A stretch of 63,623 bases of DNA, counting the filler, from Saprolegnia diclina VS20 (Eukaryota), in the NCBI RefSeq assembly GCF_000281045.1. It is 6 parts of 2 records of this genome, joined end to end, with 100 filler letters (N's around TTAATTAATTAA, not from the genome) between each part and the next. Parts side by side here need not be neighbours in the genome. Positions count along the whole stretch, not along the records: positions 1 to 9,536 come from NW_008246122.1; positions 9,637 to 19,673 come from NW_008246123.1; 4 more parts are not named here. The stretch is one strand, 5' to 3'. The notes below the pieces were generated by a model. That model did no database searches. It was given only the letters and a program-made list of their open reading frames with translations, and was not told the DNA's origin. Of the stretch, positions 1 to 12,033 are shown in pieces; within the stretch, counting starts at the first letter, position 1, and the number at the start of each line of letters is the position of its first letter. The translations under genes were made by a program, and so were the position numbers.

Positions 1-618
1 AAGCCGCAACATTGTACATGAACTACATAACGCATATTGTTGTGATGCAAGAGCTACGAACTCATGTTAATCGACACAGCAGATGCATATTGATGGAGTG
101 GGCTGCGCCACCTGGCAGCACAACCATGCAACGACGCAACACAAGCAGCTCCTCACGATCCGGATTGAACAGTAGGATCGGTCGTGGGTCCAAACCGCAC
201 TCGTGGTGAGGACAGAAAATGAATGACATGGCGTGATAAGAGACATATTGTATTGTCTGGAGCCTTCCATGGATGCCATTAGATTATCGCCCGTGGAATC
301 TCGCACTCGAAACCGACTTTTCACTCACCTTGAGCATCGTCCCACATGCGTTTCCAGGACGGAAACTTCAAGCAATCCATGTTTCCCGATCGGGATGTAT
401 ACCGTACTAACTGTTACCCAAACTTTTCGTATTCGAAACTTCCGATTGTTGACCTTTGGAAACGAATACTGTAGTTCCTTCGAAAAGCAAAACAAACCTA
501 CGAGTGGGTTTGGGCACGNNNNNNNNNNNNNNNNNNNNNNNNNNNNNNNNNNNNNNNNNNNNNNNNNNNNNNNNNNNNNNNNNNNNNNNNNNNNNNNNNN
601 NNNNNNNNNNNNNNNNNN

Positions 619-723
619 CCGTCGTGGGTCCAGGATATTGCGAAAGAGTGTCTTCAGCTGCACGAAGAGGATCGTCCGACGTCGCTCATGCTCGCGTCGA
701 TGCTCAGCAAGTGCCATGTCTAA
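619..723 (+). CDS. C-terminal fragment of a TKL receptor-like kinase paralog (rest lies in gap)
   Basis: Reads PSWVQDIAKECLQLHEEDRPTSLMLASMLSKCHV*. Near-identical to the end of the kinase finishing at 4651, but with a different 3' flank. Confidence 0.8.
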   Translation, partial: PSWVQDIAKECLQLHEEDRPTSLMLASMLSKCHV

Positions 724-2052
724 GCAGTGGCCCCAACGTTTTGTATATTAGATATGTTTGTGATTAAAGAGCAAAAAACTGCATTTCAACGGATTCTAGT
801 GCGTCAACACGGCATAGTACCAAGTAAGTCGGTACTGATGTAGTTTTTGACATTTACGACATATTGTGGTCGTATTCTACAAGTAGCATAGGGATAGCTA
901 GCAACGTGCAGCTCGCTGAACATTTATGACACGACAAATAACGCCCTTCCGATTTAGTGGTCGTGAACCCTCACCGCAATTTGTCGGTTTGTTCGTTGCA
1001 TACCTAGTGGGACCTTGAATGACGATTAGAGTTTATAGGTCCTTGTCTGTGTTAGTCGCTAGTGCGCGTGTCTAGCAGCTAGGTTGAGCTCAGGTCAATC
1101 GAGTCATTGTCCAATCAGCTCTTCTTCTAGCAAGTCTTCTAGCGATAGCTATCGCACCTTCATGGCGAAGTATCACACACATTATTCCCTTTCAAGTGCG
1201 ATACCTAACCCTTGTCTTCAAACCGAGATTGGTCGAAATTGCGAATTAGCTCAAACACATTGTAGTGCCCTTGATGTCTGCGTACCACCGAACACCGCGT
1301 ACTTGTTGCTAGAAATACACGCGCTCGGTCTTTTACCGCTTGCGGTACTTGCGCTGTCTGCGGATTCAGCTCGTGCGTGGTTGTCGGCTACTATGTTTCG
1401 GGTGGCGAGAACGAAGCTTTGCTTTCGCCCAATAGAAAGGAAACTACTTCGCTCTCGCTTGGCAGAAGTGGCGACGGCTGCTCCTGTCGCCCCGGTAGCG
1501 ATAGGCCTTCAGAAAGTTGAGAAGACCGTCAAGCGCCCAACTCCATATTATTTTATTATTTTAGGCAGATGCCACCATCCTGCGCATGCCAATTCTAAAC
1601 GCACCCAGCCCAGCGAGCTAGCCCAGTGGGTGCCATGCTCAGAAGGGGATACTGGGTCAAAGGGGTCTCATTGGGTGATCGAAAGATCGAATAAGGCAAG
1701 AGCTTTGGAACGTCGGAGGCAGGCAAGAGGGCTTTGATAGGCCGCACAGTCGGCGAATTCTCCTACCTCGACGGCTTTTGGACGCCGCCAATTGTAATTT
1801 TCACAAGAAGTACAGCATCTCAGTCGACAGCAGCTACACCAGTCGATTCCGCGTAACATATAGCTGTGGATTCCACGGGTACTCCAAAGCCATTTACAAT
1901 GAGCCAACGAGTCTCAAGTAGCCCAACTGACCTCACGGACGGACGATTGACAATCGTGTGCGATATCAAGCGGTTTCGAAAAAGTGAATCAGCTGGATTT
2001 CGCACAGGATTGTCACCTGTCGGTCGGACGCCAATCGCAAGTCAATTCGGAA

Positions 2053-4651
2053 ATGCCTCGCATCGACGCACTTCTTCTGCTGCTACTTTTGGCTGGCATC
2101 GCACTGGGTGCCTGCCCGTACGCAGGCGTCCAGCCGACCAGCGACTTCAGCGATGCGATCATTTTGGCCGCGGACGCATTTTGCGACACAACCAAGTTCC
2201 GGACCTGCAAAGTCGATTCCTCGTGCATGGTCGATACGGGGTATCCATCGAGCATCTATGATTTTGCTTCGGTCGACGCCATTGGCAACATGAGTCGCTA
2301 CGTCAATTTCAATCTGTACGACACGATTCTCGTCGTTTCCATGGCTCACGCGTGATGTAGAACGATCACTGACTCGCGGGCCGTCAAGCTCAGTTTGATG
2401 AAGCTGCCTCCAACGCTGACGAGCTTGTACGTACACACCATATCGCTTTGGACGTACTTAACGGCATGTAGGTCTTTCTACCGTGTGCAGACACTTGGTG
2501 ACGTCAACGAAATCCAAGAGTCGCAGTGGAGCTCGGTCCAGGAGCTGTACGTTCCATTGTGGGTTTTTGCCTTCGAAAATGATTATGCAGCGTATTTCAC
2601 CACGCGTCGCCCGTGCTCGGCAATTTTGTCAACTGGCCGCGGTCGCTCAACACTCTGTACGTACACCTACCGGCCTTGATCGAATCGGACCCTTGTCGAT
2701 CACAGGATATTGGCGTTCGCCAATGCCTACAAAATTCCCAAGAACCTGCCGTTAACTCTCAAAACACTGTGCGTCCCGACGTAGGATGGCCTTGGAGCCA
2801 AATTCCGTGGATAGGCTCATGCAGGGGAGCAACCTCACCGACCTCCAAGAGCTTCCGATCAGCGTGACGCTCCTGTACATTACGAGTACCAAGGCCTCCA
2901 CTGAACTCACGGCTTCGTAGCAACGTCGCCCTCAACAACTTTGTCTCGATCACATACAAGGACTGGCGGGCGCTCACCTTCCTGTTGTGCCTAGTACACG
3001 TTGACCGATCCCTATACTTAAAATATCCTTTCGTAGGCGTCTCACAAACAACTCGGACCTGCAATCGATTGCGCATGTCCAGTTGTCGACCAAGCTCGAA
3101 TATTTGTACGCGAATCATCGAGTCACCGTATCTCGATACTGATGGTCTGTAGCGATATTGCCAATTGCTCCAAATTAAACAACATTACGACCGATGCTGC
3201 CACGTTTGCGACGCTTGACGCGCTTCGACCCGCGCCGGATGCTGACGAAACAAATGTCTACGAGGGGTACGCCGTCAACCAAGCTATCTTGACGAGCGCC
3301 ACCGCCTGTGCGGCCATTGGCGGCGAGATCAAGCGCCTCTGGCAGACCACGTCCAAGTACACGGTCAACGTCTGCGTCTTGTCTTCCGCCTCTACAAGCC
3401 CAAGCCCGTCGTCGTCGAGTAGGACCTTGCTGACTACGTATTCTCTGACGACTGTCGTAGACTTGGGCTTGATCATCGGAGTAGCCGTCGGCAGTGTCGT
3501 CCTCATCGGCGCCATCATCGCCTGCGTCATCATCAAGCGCCGCAAGACCAAGCAACAACACTCCTCAGACTATCACCGCTACGAGCCTTCGAACCCCGAC
3601 GGCTTCAGTACCGGTATGATCACAGCAGGCCGCACCGTCGGCACGAATGGCACCAAGACCAACGGCACGGGCGGACGCACGGCCGGTACCACAGGCACGC
3701 GCCGGTCGCTCGTCAACACGGATCTGGACGTCGTCTTGGACGTCAAGCCGCTTCTTCACCACCGATTGGAGCTCTCAGAGTTGCAAGTGACGACGGACAC
3801 ACCGCTGGCGTCCGGTGCGTTTGGCGAAGTCTGGCTCGGCACGTACGGCGGCAAGCAAGTCGCAATCAAGCGCATGAAGAACCACGGGGCGCGGATGGCC
3901 CAAAAGTTTATTGAGGAAATCGTCCTCATGTCCCAGTACGACTACATTTTCTCTTACCTCAAGAATATAAGTCTCATTCCACTCCGTACATGGTAGAATG
4001 AACAGCGACTACATTGTCAAGTTTGTCGGTGCCAGCTGGACCCGCCCGATCGAGATCGAGTGCGTCGTCGAGTTCATGGACCTCGGCGACCTGAGCACGT
4101 ACCTCGTGAACCAGTCGCCAGCGCAGTTCAGCTGGGACCAAAAGCTCAACTGCATCATCAGCATCGTCCGCGCCTTGGTCTACCTGCACACGTACAATCC
4201 GCCGATCATCCACCGCGACATGAAGTCTCGGAACGTCCTGTTGGACTCGGTCAAGGGCACCAAGCTCACCGACTTTGGCGAGTCGCGCGTCGCCGAAGAA
4301 GACGATCTCATGACCAACGGCATTGGCACATACCAGTGGATGGCACCTGAGGTGATCTCTGCGACCAACTATGGCGCGCCGGCCGACATCTTCTCGTTCG
4401 GCATCATTCTCTCGGAATTTTGCACGCACCAAGTACCGTACGCCGACAAGCGCCACCCGACGACGGGCAAAGCCTTACCCCAGCATTATGTGCTTCAAGA
4501 AGTGCGCGAAGGTCGTCTCCAGCCGACGCTGGACGGGCCGAACGTACCGTCGTGGGTCCAGGATATTGCGAAAGAGTGTCTTCAGCTGCACGAAGAGGAT
4601 CGTCCGACGTCGCTCATGCTCGCGTCGATGCTCAGCAAGTGTCATGTCTAA
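2053..4651 (+). CDS. LRR receptor-like protein kinase, TKL family (multi-exon)
   Basis: Signal peptide MPRIDALLLLLLLAGIALG, Cys-rich N-cap, seven short LRR exons (2361-2426, 2472-2546, 2591-2656, 2706-2768, 2815-2874, 2921-2983, 3037-3105), TM helix LIIGVAVGSVVLIGAIIACVII-KRRK, and kinase motifs ASGAFGEVW, VAIK, HRDMKSRN, DFG, GTYQWMAPE. Confidence 0.9.
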
Positions 4652-5139
4652 GCGGTAGCCGCAACGTACTACGTACACTACATAATGCATATCGTTGTGA
4701 TGCAAGCATTACGGACTCATGTCAGTCGAGACAGCGGAGGATACAACGATGCAGTATCCACGAGATATGAATGTCCCTTGGCGTCGGATTATACGAGTGG
4801 CACAAGAGCTAGGTATATGTTGTTGCGTGGAGGAGAGTGCTACGGACGACACGACAGCTATGTCATCCCATCGAAAGCTCGCAATCTCTGAAATCGACTT
4901 TAATTTGCAAGCCGATCGCCATGCTGATCCATCCCTACCCCTCTTCCTCGAACCGAGGTCGCTCGAAATTGTGGGTATGGTGCCAAAATGGTGTGTCCTA
5001 ATTGTCTGCGCGGTTTCCCGACAAAGAATTAACTTTGGCAAATCTCAAACTTTTCAGTGTAGAGCTTCAGCACACAAGCATGGTGCAACATGTCGTTCGA
5101 TTGACAAATTGATAATTTTGGAAAATACACGTTTAGTGC

Positions 5140-7721
5140 TTAGACGCGGCACTTGTCGAGCATCGACGCGAGCTCGAGAGATGTCGGACGGGCTTTCTCA
5201 ACAAGCTGGAGGCACTTCTTGGCCATGTCCGACACCCACGACGGCACGCTCGGCCCGTCCAGCGTCGGCTGGAGACGACCTTCGCGCACTTCTTGAAGCA
5301 CATAATGCTGGGGTAAGGCTTTGCCCGTCGTCGGGTGGCCCAGGTCCGCATAAGGGACTCGGTGCGTCGCAAACTCGGACAAGATGATACCAAACGAGTA
5401 AATGTCGGCCGGCGCGCCATAGTGGGTCCCCGAGATCACTTCCGGCGCCATCCACAGGTACGTGCCAATGCCGTTGGTCATGAGATCGTCTTCTTCGGCG
5501 ACGCGCGACTCGCCAAAGTCGGTGAGCTTGGTGCCCTTGACCGAGTCGAGGAGGACGTTGCGAGACTTGAGATCGCGGTGGATGATCGGCGGATTGTACG
5601 TATGCAGGTAGACCAAGGCGCGGACGATGCTGGTGATGCAGTTGAGCTTTTGGTCCCAGCTGAACTGCGCTGGCGACTGGCTCACGAGGTACGACCTCAA
5701 GTCGCCGAGGTCCATGAACTCGACGACGCACTCGATCTCGATCGGGCGGGTCCAGCTGGCACCGACAAACTTGACAATGTAGTCGCTGCTCATCCTAACA
5801 TGTACAGATTGTCGTTAGTCCTTCAATTCGTCATCAGTAGATATGTGAACGTACTGGGACATGAGGACGATTTCTTCGATGAACTTCTGGGCCATGCGTG
5901 CGTCTTGGTTCTTCATGCGCTTGACCGCGACTTGCTTGCCGCCGTACGTGCCGAGCCAGACTTCGCCAAACGCACCAGACGCCAGCGGTTTGTTGGACGT
6001 GACAATGAGTTCCGAGAGCTCTAGTCGGTGGTGGAGGAGCGGCTTGACATCCAAGATGACGTCGACGTCGGGGTTGATGATGGGTCGGCGTGTGCCGGTG
6101 GTACTACTCGTGGGCTCACCCGTGCCGTTGGTGCCAATGGTCTTGAGGCTGACACTGCGACCGTCCGTGGTCGCATCGACGCTCTGGGTGCCGTCGCTCT
6201 CAGAGTGCTTGTAGATGGGAGCGAGGGGCGGGGGCGAGATTCTGCGACGCTTGACGACGACAAACGCCGCCATGGCGCCGAGAAGAATGAGGACGCCGAC
6301 GACGACACCGATGACAAGGCCTGTGCCTAGACTCTCAGAACTTAGTACGCGTTGATATCCTTGCAAGGTCCCACTTGATGACGTGGCAACGGGAGGGCTC
6401 GTTGTCGTTGGGGCGCCCGACAGCACGCAGACGTTGACCATGTACTTGGTCGTCGACTTCCAGAGGCGCTGGATCGTGCCGTTCAAGGCCGAGCAGTTGG
6501 CGGCATTAGTCAAGACGTCATGATTCACGACAAAGCCTCGGTAGAGGAGATCGCTGTCGGCGTCACCGGCATACGGGAGCACGTCAAGCGCCGCAAACGT
6601 GCTCGCATCGATCGTCATGTTGGTCAAGAGCGGGCAATTGGCAATGTCGCTAGATACGACAATGTTCTCCACAACCTCGGGCGCTAGACGTACAAATACT
6701 CGATTTTGGTCGAGAGCTGGACGCGCGCAAGTGACGTTAGTTGCTTGTTGCCCGAGAGACGCCTATCATATCATTAGCCTGCTGCATTGGTTGAAATAAC
6801 TACAAAAAGGTAAACGCTCGCCAGTCGCGGTCGGTGATAGATGGCAGCTGGTTCGAGTCGAGGTTCCTACGTTAAACTGAGTGCAATCACACGGCAGTGT
6901 CGACGTACAAGCGAGTCAAATTGGGCGGAAGGTGGTTGAAGTCGACGAGCTTGCTTCCCGCCATCGACCTAGTCGGTGCGAGAAGGTGAGAGATGCATGA
7001 CGTCCTTGATTACCGTACAAGAACGAGACGGACGCTGGCAGGTTCTTTGGGATGTCGTTCAAGCCGACATCGTAAAATGTACTAGGCTCGCGTTTGCACG
7101 GGACGCCAGAGATGACAATACGGTACATGTTTTGCAGCGATGGTGGCCATTGAATGTTGTTGGTGATCGTGGGGCTTGACGTCAAGAACTCGCTACACCA
7201 TAGATCGACATTTAGGACTCATGTGCCACCACAACTCGTACAGTTGCAGGAGCGAGCGCCACTGCTTGGTTTGGACAACGTCGATATCAATGGCTGCGAC
7301 GTTGTCAAACGTCCTATGCGAAGAGTGTGATTTTACCGTCAACGCGCGACAAGACGTACAGAGAGAGGAGCGTCGCGGGCAGCTGCATCTTGCGCAGCGT
7401 AAGAGGTGTCGACGAGTTGGCGATCAAGCTAATTCAAACCAAAATGAGCGGCGAGAGAGCGTCAGCAACAATGCAGTACAGGCTCGGTGGCGTGTATCGG
7501 GCAAGGTCGCCAAGGGCACCGAAGCGTACGTAGCTGTTCGCGTCGGAGGAGAACGAGGCGAGGACGGTGCAGGTGGAATTGACGCTGCACACATTTGTCT
7601 CGATGCACAAAGCATCCGCTACCAGGATGGACCTGTCCGAGCGGAGGTCGGCGTACGGGCAGGCGCCCAGCGCTCGCTTCGTGGCGAGAAGCCCAAGTAC
7701 AAGTGGGAACCAGGCGCACAT
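5140..7721 (-). CDS. LRR receptor-like protein kinase, TKL family (multi-exon), convergent with the previous gene
   Basis: Signal peptide MCAWFPLVLGLLATKRALG, LRR-like exons (e.g. SPTITNNIQWPPSLQNM), TM GLVIGVVVGVLILLGAMAAFVVV-KRRR, kinase HRDLKSRN/DFG/WMAPE. The last 217 aa differ from the 3998-4651 ORF at about 24 positions by manual count. Confidence 0.9.
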
Positions 7722-8717
7722 TTGAGGAATGAAAGGACGTCTTCGATCACCTTTTTACAACCCGACGCAAAACAGTGGGATCTGCTATGGCCGCCAAGGA
7801 GCCCAGATACACTGGTCCCGCGCACCGAGCGACCAAGTGCTCCAACCGACACATTGTCTGGGATGAGCCAGTCCGTGTATTGCGTCTTCGTTGTTGCTGG
7901 CCACTAGTGGTTACAGGAAACCCACCGCGGCTCGACCAGCTCTGTGGAGCCTCAGCGTCAAGCAGTATCCTGCACGCGGCTTTCCGATCATGTCTCAATG
8001 TTTCAGGGCTCGGCACTGCAGCGGCGCCGTGTCGGCGGCCGACAGAAAGCGGAATTAGCAATTCCTTCCTGCCAGCACCGCTCGTGGGCAATGTCCGTAT
8101 AACCAGTTGAGTGACGTGGCATCGCGAGGTGCGTTTGGCAGGTCCGGCATCGAAAATGCAATGTGATCCCAGGTTCAAGTTCTGGCTACTCTACTGAACA
8201 CACGACTACACAATTCATCGTGGGAGCGGTTTGCAGCACGGAATACGCTTCTCGTTGCGCAATTGCAACTGGTTGGCGACACCGAACACCGTGTCGTCTG
8301 GGGTGACGCTCGGCGTGTCGTCAGCTCATTGCGCATTTCTGCGCTTGGGATCGGAGTCGCGCAATGCACGATGAGGAGATGGCAGCCGGCGTTCTCTGGC
8401 CACCGCGACTGAACCCGCATCCAAGACTTTCTTTGTTACGGTCGTGCCATCTTGTAGTTTGCATACCAATTCATCCTCCGAGATCACTGCAAATTCTGTG
8501 ACGGGTTGGCATCAGTCGAGAGCACTTTAGGACTACATTGTACAATGTGTGCACATTCGGCTGTCAAACACGAATCGTGAAATATCCTAAACGTACAAAG
8601 AATAGTCGAAACACCGTACCATGGCTTGCGGGTCGGAATACCCATCACCATCAATCACACGATTGCACCGGGTTGTGAGTCTGTTTTGGTCGCAACGCTG
8701 CATTTTGAAATTGCCCA

Positions 8718-9507
8718 TGCGCTTGCTGCTTCTCCTTGCGGCCGTCGAGCGCGCGCTCGCTGGCTGCGCGTACGCCGACTTGGCCTTGTCCGAGAACGCG
8801 TCCATCTTGGTCGCCGATGCCTCGTGCACGACGGTGCCAGTCTGCGGCGTCCGACCCAACTGCAAGGTCTTCGACTCGTTCGAGTCCGACTGGAACAGCT
8901 ACGTGCGGTGCAACGCGATTGGCGACCTCAGCGGCTACACCCAACCCAGCCTGTACGTACGAGCATGCAGGACGTTGTAGGATTCACGTGTGAACTAGCA
9001 CGGTGGCCAACTCGTCGAGCCTCACGCTCGCCAAGATGAAGCTGCCACCGACGCTGGCCAACTTGTAAGCTATCAAGAGCATATCCAAAGGCCTCACATT
9101 GCAGTTTAGGACGCTCACCAACATTACCAAAATCGACCTCGGTGCGATCGCAGCGGCGCAGTGGAGCTCACTCCAGGGCCTGTACGTGGCGTCTAATCGA
9201 CAAACGTACTAACTAGACCGTAGCACGTTCTTCTTGTCGAACCCCAAGATCACCAACAACATCAACTGGCCGCCATCGCTTCGATTCATGTCGGTTCCAT
9301 CCGCATTCAAACTGCTCGACTAACTATACTTGTACTAGCACTTTCAAAAACACCGACCTCGTCAACATCCCCCAAGGCTTGCCGACGACAGTCGAGAGAT
9401 TGTACACAACCCGCTTGCTGGACACCAGAGGCAGCAACTATCGTTAGGGCATTTCAAGCCAACCAGCTCACGGACCTCAACTACCTGCCGCCCAACCTGA
9501 CCTTCAT
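8718..9507 (+). CDS. 5' part of a third LRR receptor-like gene (truncated by gap)
   Basis: MRLLLLLAAVERALAGCAYADL N-cap homologous to the other two genes. LRR exons 8999-9064, 9110-9181, 9224-9289, 9339-9401, 9448-9507 are separated by 42-49 nt GT-AG introns. Confidence 0.85.
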
Positions 9508-9636
9508 GTACGACTGGACGCGACGAGGCTTGTGACNNNNNNNNNNNNNNNNNNNNNNNNNNNNNNNNNNNNNNNNNNNNTTAATTAATTAANNNNNNNN
9601 NNNNNNNNNNNNNNNNNNNNNNNNNNNNNNNNNNNN

Positions 9637-9845
9637 AGGCGCTGGAGACCCCACTGGCGCGCCGGGAACTCGTCCTTGAGACCCTTGCCCTTGAGGCCGA
9701 GCGTCTCGTTCTTGCCAACGGGCAGGTCGTTACCCTCGGGAGCAGCGACGAGGTCATCGATCACGGTCACGGTGGCGTCGTCGGGCGTGGTTTGAGCGCC
9801 AAACGCCGTGGCAGCAAGGAGGAGGGCACCGAGGAAAACGCGCAT
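9637..9845 (-). CDS. 5' part of secreted ricin-B lectin-like paralog (3' end in gap)
   Basis: MRVFLGALLLAATAFGAQTTPDD...PARQWGLQR, near-identical to the protein at 10913 except for an 8-codon indel and adjacent changes. Confidence 0.8.
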
Positions 9846-10882
9846 GTTGATGGAGAAGGTCAAAGTCAAAATGAACTGCAAAACGAGAGCCGCCTTACAG
9901 CCCGAAATTTCATTCGCTTCTCAGTGCAAAAGATATGGGTATCGCCCGTCGATCGTTGCATGTATGACCAGATCAACTACGACCTTGCCATTTTGAATGC
10001 TATAAAACGACCAACGACTACGAAAACGGTGACAACGACTTGGGTTGATGTGACGTACTCAACGGTATCTTTGAGCGTGCTGCACACTCACGGTGAAAGA
10101 TACTACGTCGAGGCAAACATCCGACGTCGTCACGTGCTGCACGGAAGAGATCAGAGCAACATATTGCACAGTCCAAGTACCTTCGTACAGCGAGCGACAA
10201 GTTGGTCGTTCGTGCATTTTTGATGAATGTACCGGTATATGATTGGGATTATGGCGGTGTCAGAACAACCTTGCAGTAGAATGTAAATAGTCCGTGTTCG
10301 TACCCTTGTGCCGTCATGCATTGCTCGCATGTTGGTACGAAGCGACGTAAATTGACGAGGTGTCGAGACGACCGCATACTCTGATAATTCCTGTCACGAA
10401 AATGGGTGCCGCTGTGTGCATATCTGAGAAATAGTCAGAGCATCGAAACACCTTGGCATCAGTAAAATGCCCCTTCCATAGTAGACTAGATACTACTGTA
10501 GCAGTAGTTTCTAGCTTCCGTGGTACGCGTACGCAAAGGTAGCCGACACCCAACCACTCTGGACTACTTGGCCTAGTCCAAGTCTTTCTAGCAATACGTC
10601 ACTCCGATCTCGTCCGTGCAGCACGTGACGACGTCGGATGTTTGCCTCGACGTAGTATCTTTCACCGTGAGTGTGCAGCACGCTCAAAGATACCGTTGAG
10701 TACGTCACATCAACCCAAGTCGTTGTCACCGTTTTCGTAGTCGTTGGTCGTTTTATAGCATTCAAAATGGCAAGGTCGTAGTTGATCTGGTCATACATGC
10801 AACGATCGACGGGCGATACCCATATCTTTTGCACTGAGAAGCGAATGAAATTTCGGGCTGTAAGGCGGCTCTCGTTTTGCAG

Positions 10883-10899
10883 TTCATTTTGACTTTGAC
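10883..10899 (+). promoter_or_regulatory. Oomycete INR/FPR-like core promoter
   Basis: TTCATTTTGACTTTGAC ends 13 nt before ATG 10913. Similar motifs precede ATGs at 39522 (TCATTTCTCAATTTGC), 44614 (GCTCATTTTCAATTTCC) and 48123 (GCTCATTTCACTTTCC). Confidence 0.6.
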
Positions 10900-10912
10900 C
10901 TTCTCCATCAAC

Positions 10913-11551
10913 ATGCGCGTTTTCCTCGGTGCCCTCCTCCTTGCTGCCACGGCGTTTGGCGCTCAAACCACGCCCGACGACGCCACCGTGACCGTGATCG
11001 ATGACACCACCGTGACCGTGGTCGACCGTCTTGTCGGCGCCCCCGAGGGTAACGACCTGCCCGTTGGCAAGAACGAGACGCTCGGCCTCAAGGGCAAGGG
11101 TCTCAAGGACGAGTTCCCGGCGCGCCAGTGGGGTCTCCAGCGCCTTGAAGTCTGGACGGACCAGTACTTCCACTCCAAGCCGCTCGACCAGTGGGTCACG
11201 GTCTGGGGTGGCGTCGTGAACCTCCGCTGCCGCAACTGCGGCGGCGGCCGCGCCTGGGAAGTCATGGAGTCCGAAGGCTCTTCGAGCTACGACATGCTGC
11301 GCAACGTCCAGGACAACTTGTGTCTCGACGCGTACTGGAGCAACGCCGCTGGCAAGCCGCTCGTGCACGGCTATCAATGCCAGCCGGGCAACATCAACCA
11401 GCGCTGGGAGTACTCTCGCTACAACTCGGCGACGATGATCAAGCACAAGTACTACGAAGGCTGGTGCTTGCTCATCTACCCCAACGGCGACGCCACCATG
11501 GCCAACTGCGGGAACAACTGGAACGACGTGCACTTCAACTTTATCGCGTAA
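10913..11551 (+). CDS. Secreted ricin-B (beta-trefoil) lectin domain protein
   Basis: Signal peptide followed by ricin-type motifs RNVQDNLCLDAY, HGYQCQPGNINQRWEY and IKHKYYEGWCL; intronless. Confidence 0.8.
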   Translation: MRVFLGALLLAATAFGAQTTPDDATVTVIDDTTVTVVDRLVGAPEGNDLPVGKNETLGLKGKGLKDEFPARQWGLQRLEVWTDQYFHSKPLDQWVTVWGGVVNLRCRNCGGGRAWEVMESEGSSSYDMLRNVQDNLCLDAYWSNAAGKPLVHGYQCQPGNINQRWEYSRYNSATMIKHKYYEGWCLLIYPNGDATMANCGNNWNDVHFNFIA

Positions 11552-11918
11552 AGTTGCGACGAAAACCTGTGCACTATTGCGACATTTGTGTAAGACGGAC
11601 GTGAATGAATGTTTTCCGTTTGACTTTGTGTGTGTTGTCTCTTTGGTCTAGTGCAACGGTGGCATCGTGCATACAGCTGTCACGTATACGCGTGTCGGAA
11701 GCAGCTGGTCGCATCACATGTGCTTGTGAGATATTTCGACGTGTTGGTGTGGGACGGTGTCGAGGTAGCGTGTGTTCAAGATAGGACGACTCGCCAAAAA
11801 GCGGCGCCGTCAACTAGTGAGTTGTGTCTATTGTCGAGATCACTATGGAGTCGTCAAGGTTTGCTGCGTCAGAGACAAGAAGAGTACCAGACACCAAGGC
11901 GCTAGTGTCAAAGAAGCC

Positions 11919-12033
11919 GACTTGTCGATGAAGAGCGTAGACTTGCCGATGAAGAGCGTAGACTTGCCGATGAAGAGCGTAGACTTGCCGATGAAGAGCG
12001 TAGACTTGCCGATGAAGAGCGTAGACTTGTCGA
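11919..12033. repeat. 21-bp minisatellite, about 5.5 copies
   Basis: Unit GACTTG(C/T)CGATGAAGAGCGTA at 11919, 11940, 11961, 11982 and 12003, plus a partial copy at 12024. Confidence 0.95.

Larger units (their letters stand above)
9637..11145. repeat. Inverted duplication, arms about 9637-10152 and 10606-11145, spacer about 450 bp
   Basis: Left arm is the reverse complement of the right arm, including about 300 bp of identical upstream non-coding DNA. Confidence 0.92.

Noticed and set aside
1084..1737. 217-aa ORF between kinase genes
   Set aside because: Non-ATG start, lacks the codon bias of neighbouring genes, no motifs.
9581..9592. TTAATTAATTAA palindrome inside N runs (also 19718, 42175, 48343, 54580)
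   Set aside because: Always centred in N runs; an artificial contig spacer with stops in all six frames.
11919..12033. Possible CRISPR array
   Set aside because: Contiguous repeats with no spacers, eukaryotic context and no cas genes.
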